Origin: Polyangiaceae bacterium
Lineage (GTDB): Bacteria > Myxococcota_A > Polyangia > Polyangiales > Polyangiaceae
Assembly (NCBI GenBank): GCA_035063585.1
Contig: JAPSGB010000003.1
Location: 64,001-128,000 of the forward strand
DNA: 64,000 bases
Direction: 5' to 3'
Below the pieces are notes generated by a model. It searched no databases, was not told where the DNA came from, and saw nothing but the letters and a program-made list of their open reading frames with translations. A program made the position numbers and the translations under genes. Positions within the stretch are counted from its first letter, which is position 1. Each line of letters begins with the position of its first letter. Shown here in pieces: positions 1 through 9,052 of this stretch.

Positions 1-1
1 C

Positions 2-412
2 GCGCACGCGAAGCTCGGGCTCCCCGAGACCACGCTCGGGATCATCCCCGCGCTCGGCGGGACGCAGCGGCTCCCGCGCGTGGTCGGGGAGGCGAAGGCC
101 AAGGAGCTCATCCTGCTCGGGCGCCGTATCGAGGCCGAGGAGGCGCTCGGGCTCGGCCTCGTGAGTCGGGTGGTCCCGAGCGAGCGCTCGCTCATCGACG
201 ATACGCTCGAGTGGATTCGCCCGATCAGCGAGGGCGCGCCGATCGCTCAGCGCGCCGCGCTCGCCGCCATCGACGCCTCCTACGAGGTCCCGATGGAGCG
301 GGGGATGGAGCTCGAGCTCGTTTACTACGACGAGTGCCTCCGGAGCGCGGATCGCGTCGAGGCGCTCGAGGCCTTCGCGGAGAAGCGGAGACCGCGGTTC
401 CGCGGCGAGTGA
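2..412 (+). CDS. Enoyl-CoA hydratase/isomerase (crotonase) family protein, 5' end truncated by window edge
   Basis: The frame is open from position 2 and reads AKLGLPETTLGIIPALGGTQRLPR...EALGLGLVSRVV...AFAEKRRPRFRGE, classic crotonase motifs. Confidence 0.9.
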   Translation, partial: AHAKLGLPETTLGIIPALGGTQRLPRVVGEAKAKELILLGRRIEAEEALGLGLVSRVVPSERSLIDDTLEWIRPISEGAPIAQRAALAAIDASYEVPMERGMELELVYYDECLRSADRVEALEAFAEKRRPRFRGE

Positions 413-419
413 GGGGACG

Positions 420-1577
420 ATGCCCTCCGCGTCCTGCGTGCTCTTGCTTGGGGCGCTCCTCGCGCTCGGCGGCTGCGAGCGCGACGGCGCGGGCCCGCGC
501 GCGGTGGAGTCGGCGGCCCCGCGCGGCGGCGCCGCGCTCGCCACGCCGTCGGCCTCCTCGACCTCGTCGGCGCGGGCCGCGTCCGCTCCGCCGGGAGCGC
601 CGGGCGAGCGGCTCAAGGTCGAGCTTCAAGAGGTCGCCATGGGCACCGACGTGCACCTGGTGGCCTACTCGAACGCGAAGGTCGGCGCGGAGGGGACGGA
701 GGCTGCGCTCGCCGCGGCCTTCGCGGAGATGCAGCGGCTCGCCCGGCTGATGAGCGACTGGACCGCCGACAGCGACGTCGCGCGCGTAAATCATGGGGCG
801 GGGTCCTTCGTCACGGTCGATCCCGAGACGTTCTCGGTCATCGAGAAGAGCCTCTGGGTCGGCAAGCTCTCCGGCGGCGTGTTCGACATCACGTTTCAGG
901 CGATGAGCGGTGTCTGGAAATTCGGTGACGCCCAGGAGGCGCACCCGAGGCTGCCGGACCGGCGCGAGATCCTCGAGAAGCAGCGACTCATCGACTACCG
1001 CAAGCTCGAGGTCCGCCCCGAGACGCACCAGGTGATGGTGCCGAAGGGGATGAGCATCGGGCTGGGCGGGATCGCCAAGGGGTACATCGTCGATCGCGCG
1101 GCGAGAGTGCTCCGCGACCGCGGCCTCGCCGATTTCCTGGTGCAGGCAGGCGGCGATCTCTACGGCGCCGGGCGCAAGCCGGACGGCTCGCCTTGGGTGA
1201 GCGGGATCCAGGATCCGCGCGGCCCTCGCGGCACCTTCTTCGCGACCATCGAGCTCACCGATCACGCCTTCTCGACCGCGGGCGACTACGCGCGCGCCTA
1301 CGTGCTAGGCGGCAAGCGGTATCACCACGTGATCGATCCGCGCACGGGCTACCCCGCCACGGCGTCGAGGAGCGTCACGTTGTGGGCGCCGGACGCCTTC
1401 GTCGCCGATGCCATCGATGACGCCGTCTTCATCCTCGGCCCCGAGAAGGGGCTCGCGCTCGTCGACTCGCTCGGCGACTGCGGCGCGGTCATCGTGGACG
1501 CGAAGAACAAGGTGTGGGTGAGCGAGCGCATCAAGGAGCGCGTGCACCTGCTGCGCGAGCCCACGGACGGCATCTGA
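420..1577 (+). CDS. apbE: FAD:protein FMN transferase (ApbE) lipoprotein
   Basis: Lipobox LALGGC; motifs AMGT, GGIAKGY, AGGDL, STAGDY, YHHVIDPRTGYP. Confidence 0.92.
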   Translation: MPSASCVLLLGALLALGGCERDGAGPRAVESAAPRGGAALATPSASSTSSARAASAPPGAPGERLKVELQEVAMGTDVHLVAYSNAKVGAEGTEAALAAAFAEMQRLARLMSDWTADSDVARVNHGAGSFVTVDPETFSVIEKSLWVGKLSGGVFDITFQAMSGVWKFGDAQEAHPRLPDRREILEKQRLIDYRKLEVRPETHQVMVPKGMSIGLGGIAKGYIVDRAARVLRDRGLADFLVQAGGDLYGAGRKPDGSPWVSGIQDPRGPRGTFFATIELTDHAFSTAGDYARAYVLGGKRYHHVIDPRTGYPATASRSVTLWAPDAFVADAIDDAVFILGPEKGLALVDSLGDCGAVIVDAKNKVWVSERIKERVHLLREPTDGI

Positions 1578-1669
1578 GCCCAGGCCCGGGAGCCGCGTGC
1601 CGGCGCGCGAGCCGCGAGGTCACGCCGCTCGCGGCGCCGCGCGCTCGGGTAGGGTGTAGGATGTCCGGC

Positions 1670-3682
1670 ATGAGTCGACTGCTCTCCGGGGTGATGTTGG
1701 GGGCGGGGATGGTGCTCTTCGCGCGCGCCGTGTCCGCGGCGAACGATCTCACGGTGCTCGAGGCGCGCGTCGATCCGCCGACGCTCCTCACGCTCGGCGT
1801 GCAGGTGCTCATCGCCGACGACGACGACCGCGATGCCACGGTGACCGTTCGTTATCGCGCCGAGGGCGCCGCGACCTGGCGCGAGGGCCTGCCGCTCGCC
1901 CGCTCTCGCCCGTCGGTGGTGGTCGGCGCCACCATCCCGGAGGGGTTCGCGGGGAGCCTCTTCGGCCTGATGCCCGCCACTCGCTACGAGATCGAGCTGC
2001 ACGCGGTGGATCCCGATGGCCTCGACCAGACCTTCACGACGACCGGCGCGACGCGCCGTGTGCCCGGCGCCCCGGCGTCCCCGCGACCGGTGCCCGTCGC
2101 GGGGACGAGCGCGCTCACGAGCGCCCTCGACCAGGCGAAGCCGGGCGACGTCATCACGCTGGCGGAGGGCGTGTACGAAGGAACGTTCGCCCTGCACGCG
2201 AGCGGTACCGCGGAGAACCCGATCGTCATTCGCGGCGCGACGCAGAGCGGAGTCGTGCTCGATGGCGGTGGGTGTACCGGCTGCAACGTGCTCGAGATCT
2301 ACGGCAGCTTCGTTCAACTCGAGAACCTCACCATCCAGCACGCCTCGCGCGGCCTCCGCTTCCAGGGAGTGGGCGCGTCGGATAACGTGGTCCGACGGGT
2401 GCGGATCCGCGACGTGACGCTCGGGATCGGCTCGAAGGACGGTCAGCGCGACTTCATCGTCTGCGACAACGTGCTCGAGGGGCGCCTCGCCTGGCCCGCC
2501 GTCTACGGGGATGACGGCGGCGCGCACGCCAACGATGACGGCATCAACCTCACCGGCGACGGACACGTCGTCTGCCACAACCGGCTCGTCGGGTTCGGAG
2601 ATTCGATCAAGAACGAGGCCGCGACGTTCGTCTCCTTCGAGGTGTTCGGCAACGACAGCGAGAGCGCCTACGACAACGCGATCGAGCTCGATGGCGCGCT
2701 CCGCAACGCGGTCGTCTTCGAGAACCGCTTCACCAACTCGTGGTCGCCGATTTCATTTCAGCCGGTCTATGGCGGCCCGGCCTACGCCATCCGCAACGTG
2801 GTCGTCAACGTGGTCGACGAGCAACAGAAGCTGCACTCGCTCGGCGGCACGCGCGAGACGGTCGGCGCGCGCCTCTATAACAACACCTTCGTCAGCGTCG
2901 CGCACGCCCTCAACCTCCAGGACGACACCACCGCCCACGACTTCGTGCTCGCCAACAACATCTACTTCGGCCCGGCGAGCCCCGAGGGCGGAAGGACGGT
3001 CGACTGGAGCGGGCGCATCGACGGCGCCGTCATCGCGCGCAACGGGTTCTTCCCGGACGGCGCGTTCGACTTTGGCGCCGCGGGGAAATGGTCGAGCTTT
3101 GCCGCGTACACCGCGAGCGGCGTGTTTGGCGCGGGCGCCACGCTCCTCGACGCGGGCACCTTCGCGAGCGGGCTCTCCGCGCCCGCGTCCTACACGGCGC
3201 GGCTCTCCGCGCCCGACGCCACCCTGGCCGCGGCCTCACGCGCGCTCGATCGCGGGCAGAGCCTCGCGAGCATCACCGACGGATTCCAAGGGGCCGCGCC
3301 GGACCTCGGCGCGCTCGAGCGCGGCTGCCCCGCGCCCATCTACGGAGTCCGCCCCGCGGGCACCGACGAGACGAACGAGCCGCACGGCTGCTCGAGCGCC
3401 GGCGGAGGCACAGGTGGCACCGGCGCGGGCGGAGCCTCGAGCGGCGGCGGCCCGGGCTCGGGCGGAGTGAGCGGTTCGGGCGCCGCGGGGGCGGCCGGCT
3501 CGCTGGCAGGCGCCGGCGGAGCCGCGGGCGCGCCGCCGGCCTCCGGGGGCGCCGCGGACGACGACGGCGGCTGCGGCTGTCGGACCGCGCCGCGAGGGCG
3601 TCAGCCGGCCCGCGCGCTCGTCGCGCTCGCGCTCGCGCTCCTCGCCGTGCGCCGCCGCGCGCGATACCTCAAGAGTCAATAA
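1670..3682 (+). CDS. Secreted right-handed beta-helix (polysaccharide lyase-like) protein with MYXO-CTERM-type anchor
   Basis: Signal peptide; AKPGDVITLAEGVY/GTAENPIVIRG start of a beta-helix; PDLGALE; Gly-rich linker; GGCGCR + hydrophobic helix + RRR. Start is ATG 1670 or 1661. Confidence 0.75.
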   Translation: MSRLLSGVMLGAGMVLFARAVSAANDLTVLEARVDPPTLLTLGVQVLIADDDDRDATVTVRYRAEGAATWREGLPLARSRPSVVVGATIPEGFAGSLFGLMPATRYEIELHAVDPDGLDQTFTTTGATRRVPGAPASPRPVPVAGTSALTSALDQAKPGDVITLAEGVYEGTFALHASGTAENPIVIRGATQSGVVLDGGGCTGCNVLEIYGSFVQLENLTIQHASRGLRFQGVGASDNVVRRVRIRDVTLGIGSKDGQRDFIVCDNVLEGRLAWPAVYGDDGGAHANDDGINLTGDGHVVCHNRLVGFGDSIKNEAATFVSFEVFGNDSESAYDNAIELDGALRNAVVFENRFTNSWSPISFQPVYGGPAYAIRNVVVNVVDEQQKLHSLGGTRETVGARLYNNTFVSVAHALNLQDDTTAHDFVLANNIYFGPASPEGGRTVDWSGRIDGAVIARNGFFPDGAFDFGAAGKWSSFAAYTASGVFGAGATLLDAGTFASGLSAPASYTARLSAPDATLAAASRALDRGQSLASITDGFQGAAPDLGALERGCPAPIYGVRPAGTDETNEPHGCSSAGGGTGGTGAGGASSGGGPGSGGVSGSGAAGAAGSLAGAGGAAGAPPASGGAADDDGGCGCRTAPRGRQPARALVALALALLAVRRRARYLKSQ

Positions 3683-3683
3683 A

Positions 3684-3724
3684 CCAACACACTATGAGCG
3701 CACGAGGCGCGCTCGTGGTGTTGG
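3684..3724. terminator. Long hairpin between convergent genes, probable bidirectional terminator
   Basis: CCAACA..CTATGAGCGC pairs with GCGCTCGTGG.TGTTGG immediately after the stop at 3682. Confidence 0.5.
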
Positions 3725-3759
3725 CCCGGCGCGGCCGGCGTCGCGGCGCGACTTGGGCG

Positions 3760-4365
3760 TCACTCCTCGTCGTCGTCGGCGGGCGCGTCGGGGATGTCGT
3801 CGAGGCCTCGGCCGCCGCGGACCGGGATGGCGCGCGCGGCGCCGACCTTCTCGAGCGCGGCGGCCAGCGCCCCGCGGTCGCCGACCGCCGGCAGGTACTG
3901 GCGCGAGCCGTCCCACAGGTCGAGAGCGATGTTCCGTTGATCGAGGATGATGCAGTCGATCTGCGCCCACTTGAAGCGGCGCACGCGCGGCCACCCGAGC
4001 GTCACCACGTCGCGATACTCGAGCCCATCGGGGTGCAGTCGGACACCGCGCATGCTGGAGCGCAGGAGCGACGCCGCCGAGCCGAGCACCAGGACCAACG
4101 CGAGCGTTCGCGCGCCGACCGCTCGGTGCACGTCCCGCTCGACGATGAACTCGTGGAGCCAGGCGCCACCGCTGCCGGCCTCGCCGAGCACGACCATCGC
4201 GGCCACCCCGAGCGCGATCGCCAGGTAGACGAGCGAGGGGAGCCAGGCCGTCCAGGGCGGGCCGAACGCGGTATCGGTCGGCCGATACGTCATATCGAAG
4301 CCGGGGGGGCGCGATGGGCGAGCCACGACCCTCCGACTCTGCACCAGTCGAATCCCTTTGGCCAT
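3760..4365 (-). CDS. Membrane protein with C-terminal bacterial PH-like domain
   Basis: Two TM helices followed by GVRLHPDGLEYR...RRFKWAQID, a bPH-like pattern. The start may be MTYRP at about 4293. Confidence 0.6.
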   Translation of the reverse strand: MAKGIRLVQSRRVVARPSRPPGFDMTYRPTDTAFGPPWTAWLPSLVYLAIALGVAAMVVLGEAGSGGAWLHEFIVERDVHRAVGARTLALVLVLGSAASLLRSSMRGVRLHPDGLEYRDVVTLGWPRVRRFKWAQIDCIILDQRNIALDLWDGSRQYLPAVGDRGALAAALEKVGAARAIPVRGGRGLDDIPDAPADDDEE

Positions 4366-4526
4366 GAGCGGACGCTGCCGGGCAGGACCGGCGGGGCTCC
4401 CGCCAGAGCCGCGCGGCTACGTGCGGGGTGGCTCGACGCCGCCGCCGGTCGACACTAGAGAGACCCGAGCAACGACCGCGCGCGTCGACGCGCGCGGGAG
4501 GCGCCGTCGAGCGCGTGGAGGATCAC

Positions 4527-5171
4527 ATGAAGTTTTTCATCGATACCGGGGATTTGGGCGAGATCAAGGAAGCCGTGGCGATGGGGGCGATCGACGGCGT
4601 CACCACCAATCCGTCGCTCCTCGCGAAGGCGGGCAAGCCGATCCGGCAGGCCATCGCCGACATCTGCGAGGTGGTTGACGGTCCGGTGAGCGCCGAGGTG
4701 CTCTCGTCCGAGGCCGACGCCATCGTGGCCGAGGGGCGCGAGCTCGCCAAGATCCACAAGAACGTGGTGGTCAAGGTGCCGCTCACCATCGACGGCTTGA
4801 AGTCGGTCCGCCGGCTCAAGGCGGACGGCATCCGAACCAACGTCACCCTCTGCTTCTCTCCCACGCAGGCGCTGCTCGCCGCCAAGGCCGGCGCGACCTA
4901 CATCTCGCCGTTCGTCGGTCGGTTGGATGACCACGCCGAGGAGGGAATGCAGATGGTCGAGCAGATCGTGTCCATCTACGGCAACTACGATTTCGAGACC
5001 GAGGTGCTCGTCGCGAGCGTGCGCCACCCGCTCCACGTGGTCGAGGCAGCGCTCATTGGAGCCGACGTCGCGACCATCCCGTTCAAGGTGCTCACCCAGC
5101 TCGTGAAGCACCCGATGACCGACCTCGGCCTCGCGCGTTTCGCCGAGGACGCCAAGAAGATCCCCAAGTGA
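4527..5171 (+). CDS. fsa: Transaldolase / fructose-6-phosphate aldolase
   Basis: [48 protein letters not shown] upstream. Confidence 0.93.
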   Translation: MKFFIDTGDLGEIKEAVAMGAIDGVTTNPSLLAKAGKPIRQAIADICEVVDGPVSAEVLSSEADAIVAEGRELAKIHKNVVVKVPLTIDGLKSVRRLKADGIRTNVTLCFSPTQALLAAKAGATYISPFVGRLDDHAEEGMQMVEQIVSIYGNYDFETEVLVASVRHPLHVVEAALIGADVATIPFKVLTQLVKHPMTDLGLARFAEDAKKIPK

Positions 5172-5235
5172 GCCGTCAGCCGCGCGCGATGCACGGGGCT
5201 CGTCGGGCGGACGCCGACGCCGCGAGGCGCGCTCC

Positions 5236-5784
5236 ATGACGACCTTGGTCTCGCGCCGCGCGCGGGGCGCGCCCAAGCTCGCGCCCCGCGCGGTCCGGCG
5301 CCTCGCCGAGCTCATGCTCGCCGAGCTCGAGCTCGCGGGCGCCGAGCTCAGCGTGCTGCTCACCGATGACGCGCACATCCAGGAGCTCAACCGCGAGCAT
5401 CGCGGCAAGGATCGCCCGACCGACGTGCTCTCGTTCGCGCTCGACGAGGCCGAGCTCCCCGTCGGCGCGCAGGGGCCGCGGCTGCTCGGGGACGTGGTCA
5501 TCTCGCTCGACACCGCGGCCCGCCAGGCGCGCTCCCGCGGGCGTGAGCTGCTCGCCGAAGTGCGGTTCCTCCTGGCTCACGGGATCCTCCACCTCATCGG
5601 CTACGATCACGCCGAGCCCGAAGAAAAGCGCCGGATGGTCGGCATGACGCGGCGCCTGGTCCTCGCCGCGCCGCTCGGCGCGCCGAGCCGTCCGCCGCGG
5701 GCGCCCTCCCGCGCTCGCGGGATGGCGCGAGAGCCTCGCGAAGTGCCTGCGAGATCACCGGCAAGCCCGCGTCGGCACACGTGA
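5236..5784 (+). CDS. ybeY: rRNA maturation RNase YbeY
   Basis: LNREHRGKDRPTDVLSF, LGDVVIS, HGILHLIGYDH. Confidence 0.95.
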   Translation: MTTLVSRRARGAPKLAPRAVRRLAELMLAELELAGAELSVLLTDDAHIQELNREHRGKDRPTDVLSFALDEAELPVGAQGPRLLGDVVISLDTAARQARSRGRELLAEVRFLLAHGILHLIGYDHAEPEEKRRMVGMTRRLVLAAPLGAPSRPPRAPSRARGMAREPREVPARSPASPRRHT

Positions 5785-5943
5785 AGTCCCGTGCGCGGAG
5801 TCCTCGGGCGCGGGCGCTTCGGGGGCTCGCGAGGCGCGCGCCGCGCGCTCGAAACGGGCGGGTTCCGAGTGGTCGACCAGGTCCGGCCGTCGAGTCTGGC
5901 GGAAAAATTGCTCGATCCGTCATCCTCGGTTCATGTTTTCCGC

Positions 5944-5972
5944 TTGAAAGGCCGATTGCGGCCTGTTATCCG
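5944..5972 (+). promoter_or_regulatory. Putative sigma70 promoter of the HU gene
   Basis: TTGAAA-17 bp-TATCCG with extended -10 TG at 5964-5965. Confidence 0.5.
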
Positions 5973-6074
5973 TCGCCGTGCCTTGACTGGTTTCGCGCCG
6001 CGAGCAGGCTCGCGACGCGGACCTAGAGGGCGGGAACGGCGTCAATCGAGGTTTATTCAGGCAGGAGGAAGCGC

Positions 6075-6386
6075 ATGGCTGGCAAGAGGCTGACGAAGGC
6101 GCAGGTGATTGCGGAGCTCGCGGAAGCGTCCGAGCTCGACAAGAAGAGCGTCACGCGGGTTTTCGATTCACTTCAGGATCTCATCAAGAAGCAGCTCTCT
6201 GCTCGTGGGCCCGGTGAGTTCGTGGTCCCCGGGCTGGTGAAGCTCCGCGTGGTGAAGAAGCCGGCGACCAAGGAGCGCCCGGGCATCAACCCGTTCACCA
6301 AGGCTCCCATCACGATCCCGGCGAAGCCGGCGAGCAAGAAGGTCCGCGCGACCGCGCTCAAATCGCTAAAGGATCTGGTTCAGTAA
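6075..6386 (+). CDS. HU/IHF family nucleoid DNA-binding protein
   Basis: LTKAQVIAELAE...VPGLVKL...KERPGINPFTK...IPAKPAS; strong AGGAGG SD. Confidence 0.92.
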   Translation: MAGKRLTKAQVIAELAEASELDKKSVTRVFDSLQDLIKKQLSARGPGEFVVPGLVKLRVVKKPATKERPGINPFTKAPITIPAKPASKKVRATALKSLKDLVQ

Positions 6387-6451
6387 TCGGTCGCGCGGGT
6401 CGCGCTTCACGCGCTCCCGCACGAGCTGACACCGTCGTGTCCCCGGCCTTC

Positions 6452-8053
6452 TCAGAGGGTCGGGGACACGTCGTTTGTGCTCGCTCGGGTGCGCCTTTGG
6501 CGGCGCCGAGCAGCCCACGAGGCCAGCGTCACCGCGACGAGCAGGGCGATGAGCGGGAGATCGCCCGCGCGGGTGTAGAAGGTCGGCGAGCCGTCATCGA
6601 GCGCCGCCGAGGCGATGAGCACGCTCTCCGCGCTCGCGCTTCCGCGCTCGACGACCGCGCCGGTGGCGTCGATGAACGCCGGGACGCCGAGGTTCACCGC
6701 TCGCACGAGGCCGCGCCGCGTCTCGATGGAGCGCATCGCGGAGAGGCGCAGGTGCAGCTCCGGCTCGGCGGTGGGCCCGAACCAGGCGTCGTTGGTGACG
6801 TTCACGAGCAGGTTCGGGTTCGCGCGCGCCACCCGCCGCCCGACGCTCGCGAGCGTGTCCTCGTAGCAATTCAAGACGCCGATGCGAGCGCCGCCGGCCG
6901 AGAGGAGGGAGACGCGGTCGCCCGGGATGAGCCCGCCCGCGCGAAAGAACACGCGCCGGAGCCAGGGGAAGTACTCCGAGAGCGGCACCGTCTCCCCGAA
7001 CCAGAGCAGCTGGAGCTTGGCCTGCGGGAGCTGGGTCATCCCGCGAGCGTCGACGACGGTCGCCGCGTTGTACTCGCCGTCGCCGCCGGGCGCGCGGGTG
7101 ATGGCGCCGGTGAGCACCGGCCCGCGCACGCCACCGCCGACCACCCCGCGCCCGCCGAGCGGCGTCCGCGCGGCCGCGTGGCCGAGCACGTACGGATACG
7201 CGGCCTCGGGCCACACCACGAGCTCGGCGCCGGCCCGCTCGGCCTCGATCGTCAGGCGGCGCAGCCGGCGAACGATCCGAGGCGCCTGACCTGGCTCCCA
7301 GCGCAGGCGCGCGCCCACCGCCGCCTGGACGACTCCGATCTTCACCGTCGGCAGCGTGGCGAGCCGCGCGCGCACGCTCGGCAGCCGCGCCGCCCCGTAG
7401 CCGCCGAGCGCGAGCAGGAGCGCGCCGCCGGCCGCGACGGACCGCCACCATCCCTTCCATGAGGTGAGCGCCGGGACGGCTCTGCGCGGCTCGCTCGGTC
7501 GGGTGAGCGACTCGAATGGCGCCGCGAGGAGCGCTGCCGCGACGGCGAAGATGAGCGTGAGCCCGCGCTCGCCCACCAGCTCGCCGAGCTGGAGGAGGAG
7601 CGGCCACGGGGTGAGCAGGCCGGCCGGCGTCCAGGTGAGCACGTTGGGCCAAGCGCAAGCGAGCAGCACGGTCACCCCGAAGGCCAGGCGCCGATCGAGC
7701 GCGAGCTTCCGCTCGAGCGCGAAGCCGACCGCGCCGCCCGCCGCCCAGCCGAGCGCCTGGAAGGCGGCGAGCAAGACGAGGAGCGCGACGCCGCCCGGCA
7801 GCCCCACCGGCGTGAAGCGCTCGATGACGCCGGGCACGAAGCGGAGCCCGACCACGCTCGCGGTCGCGGCCCACAGCCAGGCGATGAGGGCGCGGCGCCG
7901 CGCGGTCTCCCCGGCGCGGAGCGCGATGAAGAGGAGCATCATTCCGGCGAGCACGCACGGATAGAGATCGGTCGGCGGCGAGGAGAGCGCGAAGACGAGC
8001 CCGCCGCCTGCCGCCGCGCGGAGCGGCCACCGCGCTCGTGGTTCGCCGGTCAC
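6452..8053 (-). CDS. lnt: Apolipoprotein N-acyltransferase
   Basis: Multi-TM N-terminus; nitrilase triad motifs VWPE, KLQLLWFGE, NCYE; NVTNDAWFG. Confidence 0.92.
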   Translation of the reverse strand: MTGEPRARWPLRAAAGGGLVFALSSPPTDLYPCVLAGMMLLFIALRAGETARRRALIAWLWAATASVVGLRFVPGVIERFTPVGLPGGVALLVLLAAFQALGWAAGGAVGFALERKLALDRRLAFGVTVLLACAWPNVLTWTPAGLLTPWPLLLQLGELVGERGLTLIFAVAAALLAAPFESLTRPSEPRRAVPALTSWKGWWRSVAAGGALLLALGGYGAARLPSVRARLATLPTVKIGVVQAAVGARLRWEPGQAPRIVRRLRRLTIEAERAGAELVVWPEAAYPYVLGHAAARTPLGGRGVVGGGVRGPVLTGAITRAPGGDGEYNAATVVDARGMTQLPQAKLQLLWFGETVPLSEYFPWLRRVFFRAGGLIPGDRVSLLSAGGARIGVLNCYEDTLASVGRRVARANPNLLVNVTNDAWFGPTAEPELHLRLSAMRSIETRRGLVRAVNLGVPAFIDATGAVVERGSASAESVLIASAALDDGSPTFYTRAGDLPLIALLVAVTLASWAARRRQRRTRASTNDVSPTL

Positions 8054-8901
8054 CAGTAGAACGTGATGCCGCCGCGAAAGAGGCCGCCGCCCGAGGTGTT
8101 GGTCTGTCGGCCCGTGTCGGGATCGGTGAACTCCGGTGAGAAGCGCGCGCCCGGATCGGTGCGCCCGCGGAGGAAGCCGAGCACGTCCACGTTCAGCGAG
8201 ATGCGGCGGGTGAGGCGGAACTCGAGCCCGAGCCCGAGCTGCCCGCCGAAGTAGCTGTAGTGCTGGTTCGTGACCGGGTTCACGCCGTCGTCCACCTGCA
8301 CCGCAGCCTCCGAGAACCCTAGCCCGCCGATCGCGTAGACCTGCACGGCGTCTCTCGGGTTGAAGTAGACGAGCACGTTCGCGAGGAGCGCGCTCTCGGC
8401 GCGCAGGTTGCCGGCCCAGTCATTACCGCCGACGAAGTCGACGCCGAGGTCGAGCGCGACGGGGAGGACTGGGCGATAGCGCACGCTGAAGCCGAAGCCG
8501 GCCATCCCCGAGCCGTGGTCGCCGCGGTTCGCGTCGTGCCCGGTGCCCACGCCCTCGAGCCGGAGGTTCAGCCCCCAGCGCGGTCGATAGCGGCGCGGCG
8601 CCGGTGCGACCGGCTCGGGCGCGCCGCTCGCGCCCCGAGGCGGCACCACGAGCCCGCTCGGCTCGCCCGGCCCGGGCGGTGGCGGATGGACCCCGACGCG
8701 AGGCCCGCGCCGGGGTGGTCTGCGCGGCGCGGCCGGCGGCGCGGGGGCGGCGCCATCGGGCGGAGGCGTGTCCTCCGCGGGCGCGGCGGCCGACTCCTCC
8801 TCGCAGAACCACGAGCCCGGCGGACATGCGCCTTGCGCGAACCCGAGCGACGGCGTGACGAGCAGCGCCGTGCCGGTCAAGAGTGCGAAGCGGGCGCGCA
8901 T
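8050..8901 (-). CDS. Outer-membrane beta-barrel protein with Pro-rich N-terminal region
   Basis: Signal peptide; amphipathic beta-strands; C-terminal GITFYW aromatic Bam signal; stop overlaps the lnt start. Confidence 0.75.
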   Translation of the reverse strand: MRARFALLTGTALLVTPSLGFAQGACPPGSWFCEEESAAAPAEDTPPPDGAAPAPPAAPRRPPRRGPRVGVHPPPPGPGEPSGLVVPPRGASGAPEPVAPAPRRYRPRWGLNLRLEGVGTGHDANRGDHGSGMAGFGFSVRYRPVLPVALDLGVDFVGGNDWAGNLRAESALLANVLVYFNPRDAVQVYAIGGLGFSEAAVQVDDGVNPVTNQHYSYFGGQLGLGLEFRLTRRISLNVDVLGFLRGRTDPGARFSPEFTDPDTGRQTNTSGGGLFRGGITFYW

Positions 8902-8936
8902 CGACGGCTCCTTTCCCAGATCTCTTCACGTAAGGT

Positions 8937-8952
8937 AGCAAGGCCGGTGCCA
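8937..8952 (-). promoter_or_regulatory. Sigma54 -24/-12 promoter for the OMP-lnt operon
   Basis: Minus strand reads TGGCAC-CGGCC-TTGCT, an exact consensus match about 35 nt upstream of the ATG at 8901. Confidence 0.75.
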
Positions 8953-9052
8953 GCCGCCAGCAGCGCGGAACCCGCCGCGCGGCGCGCGCGCCGGTCCCGG
9001 TGTGGAGCCGAGTTTACACCAGCGTGGTGATGAGAATACTCCTCGAGTCGAG

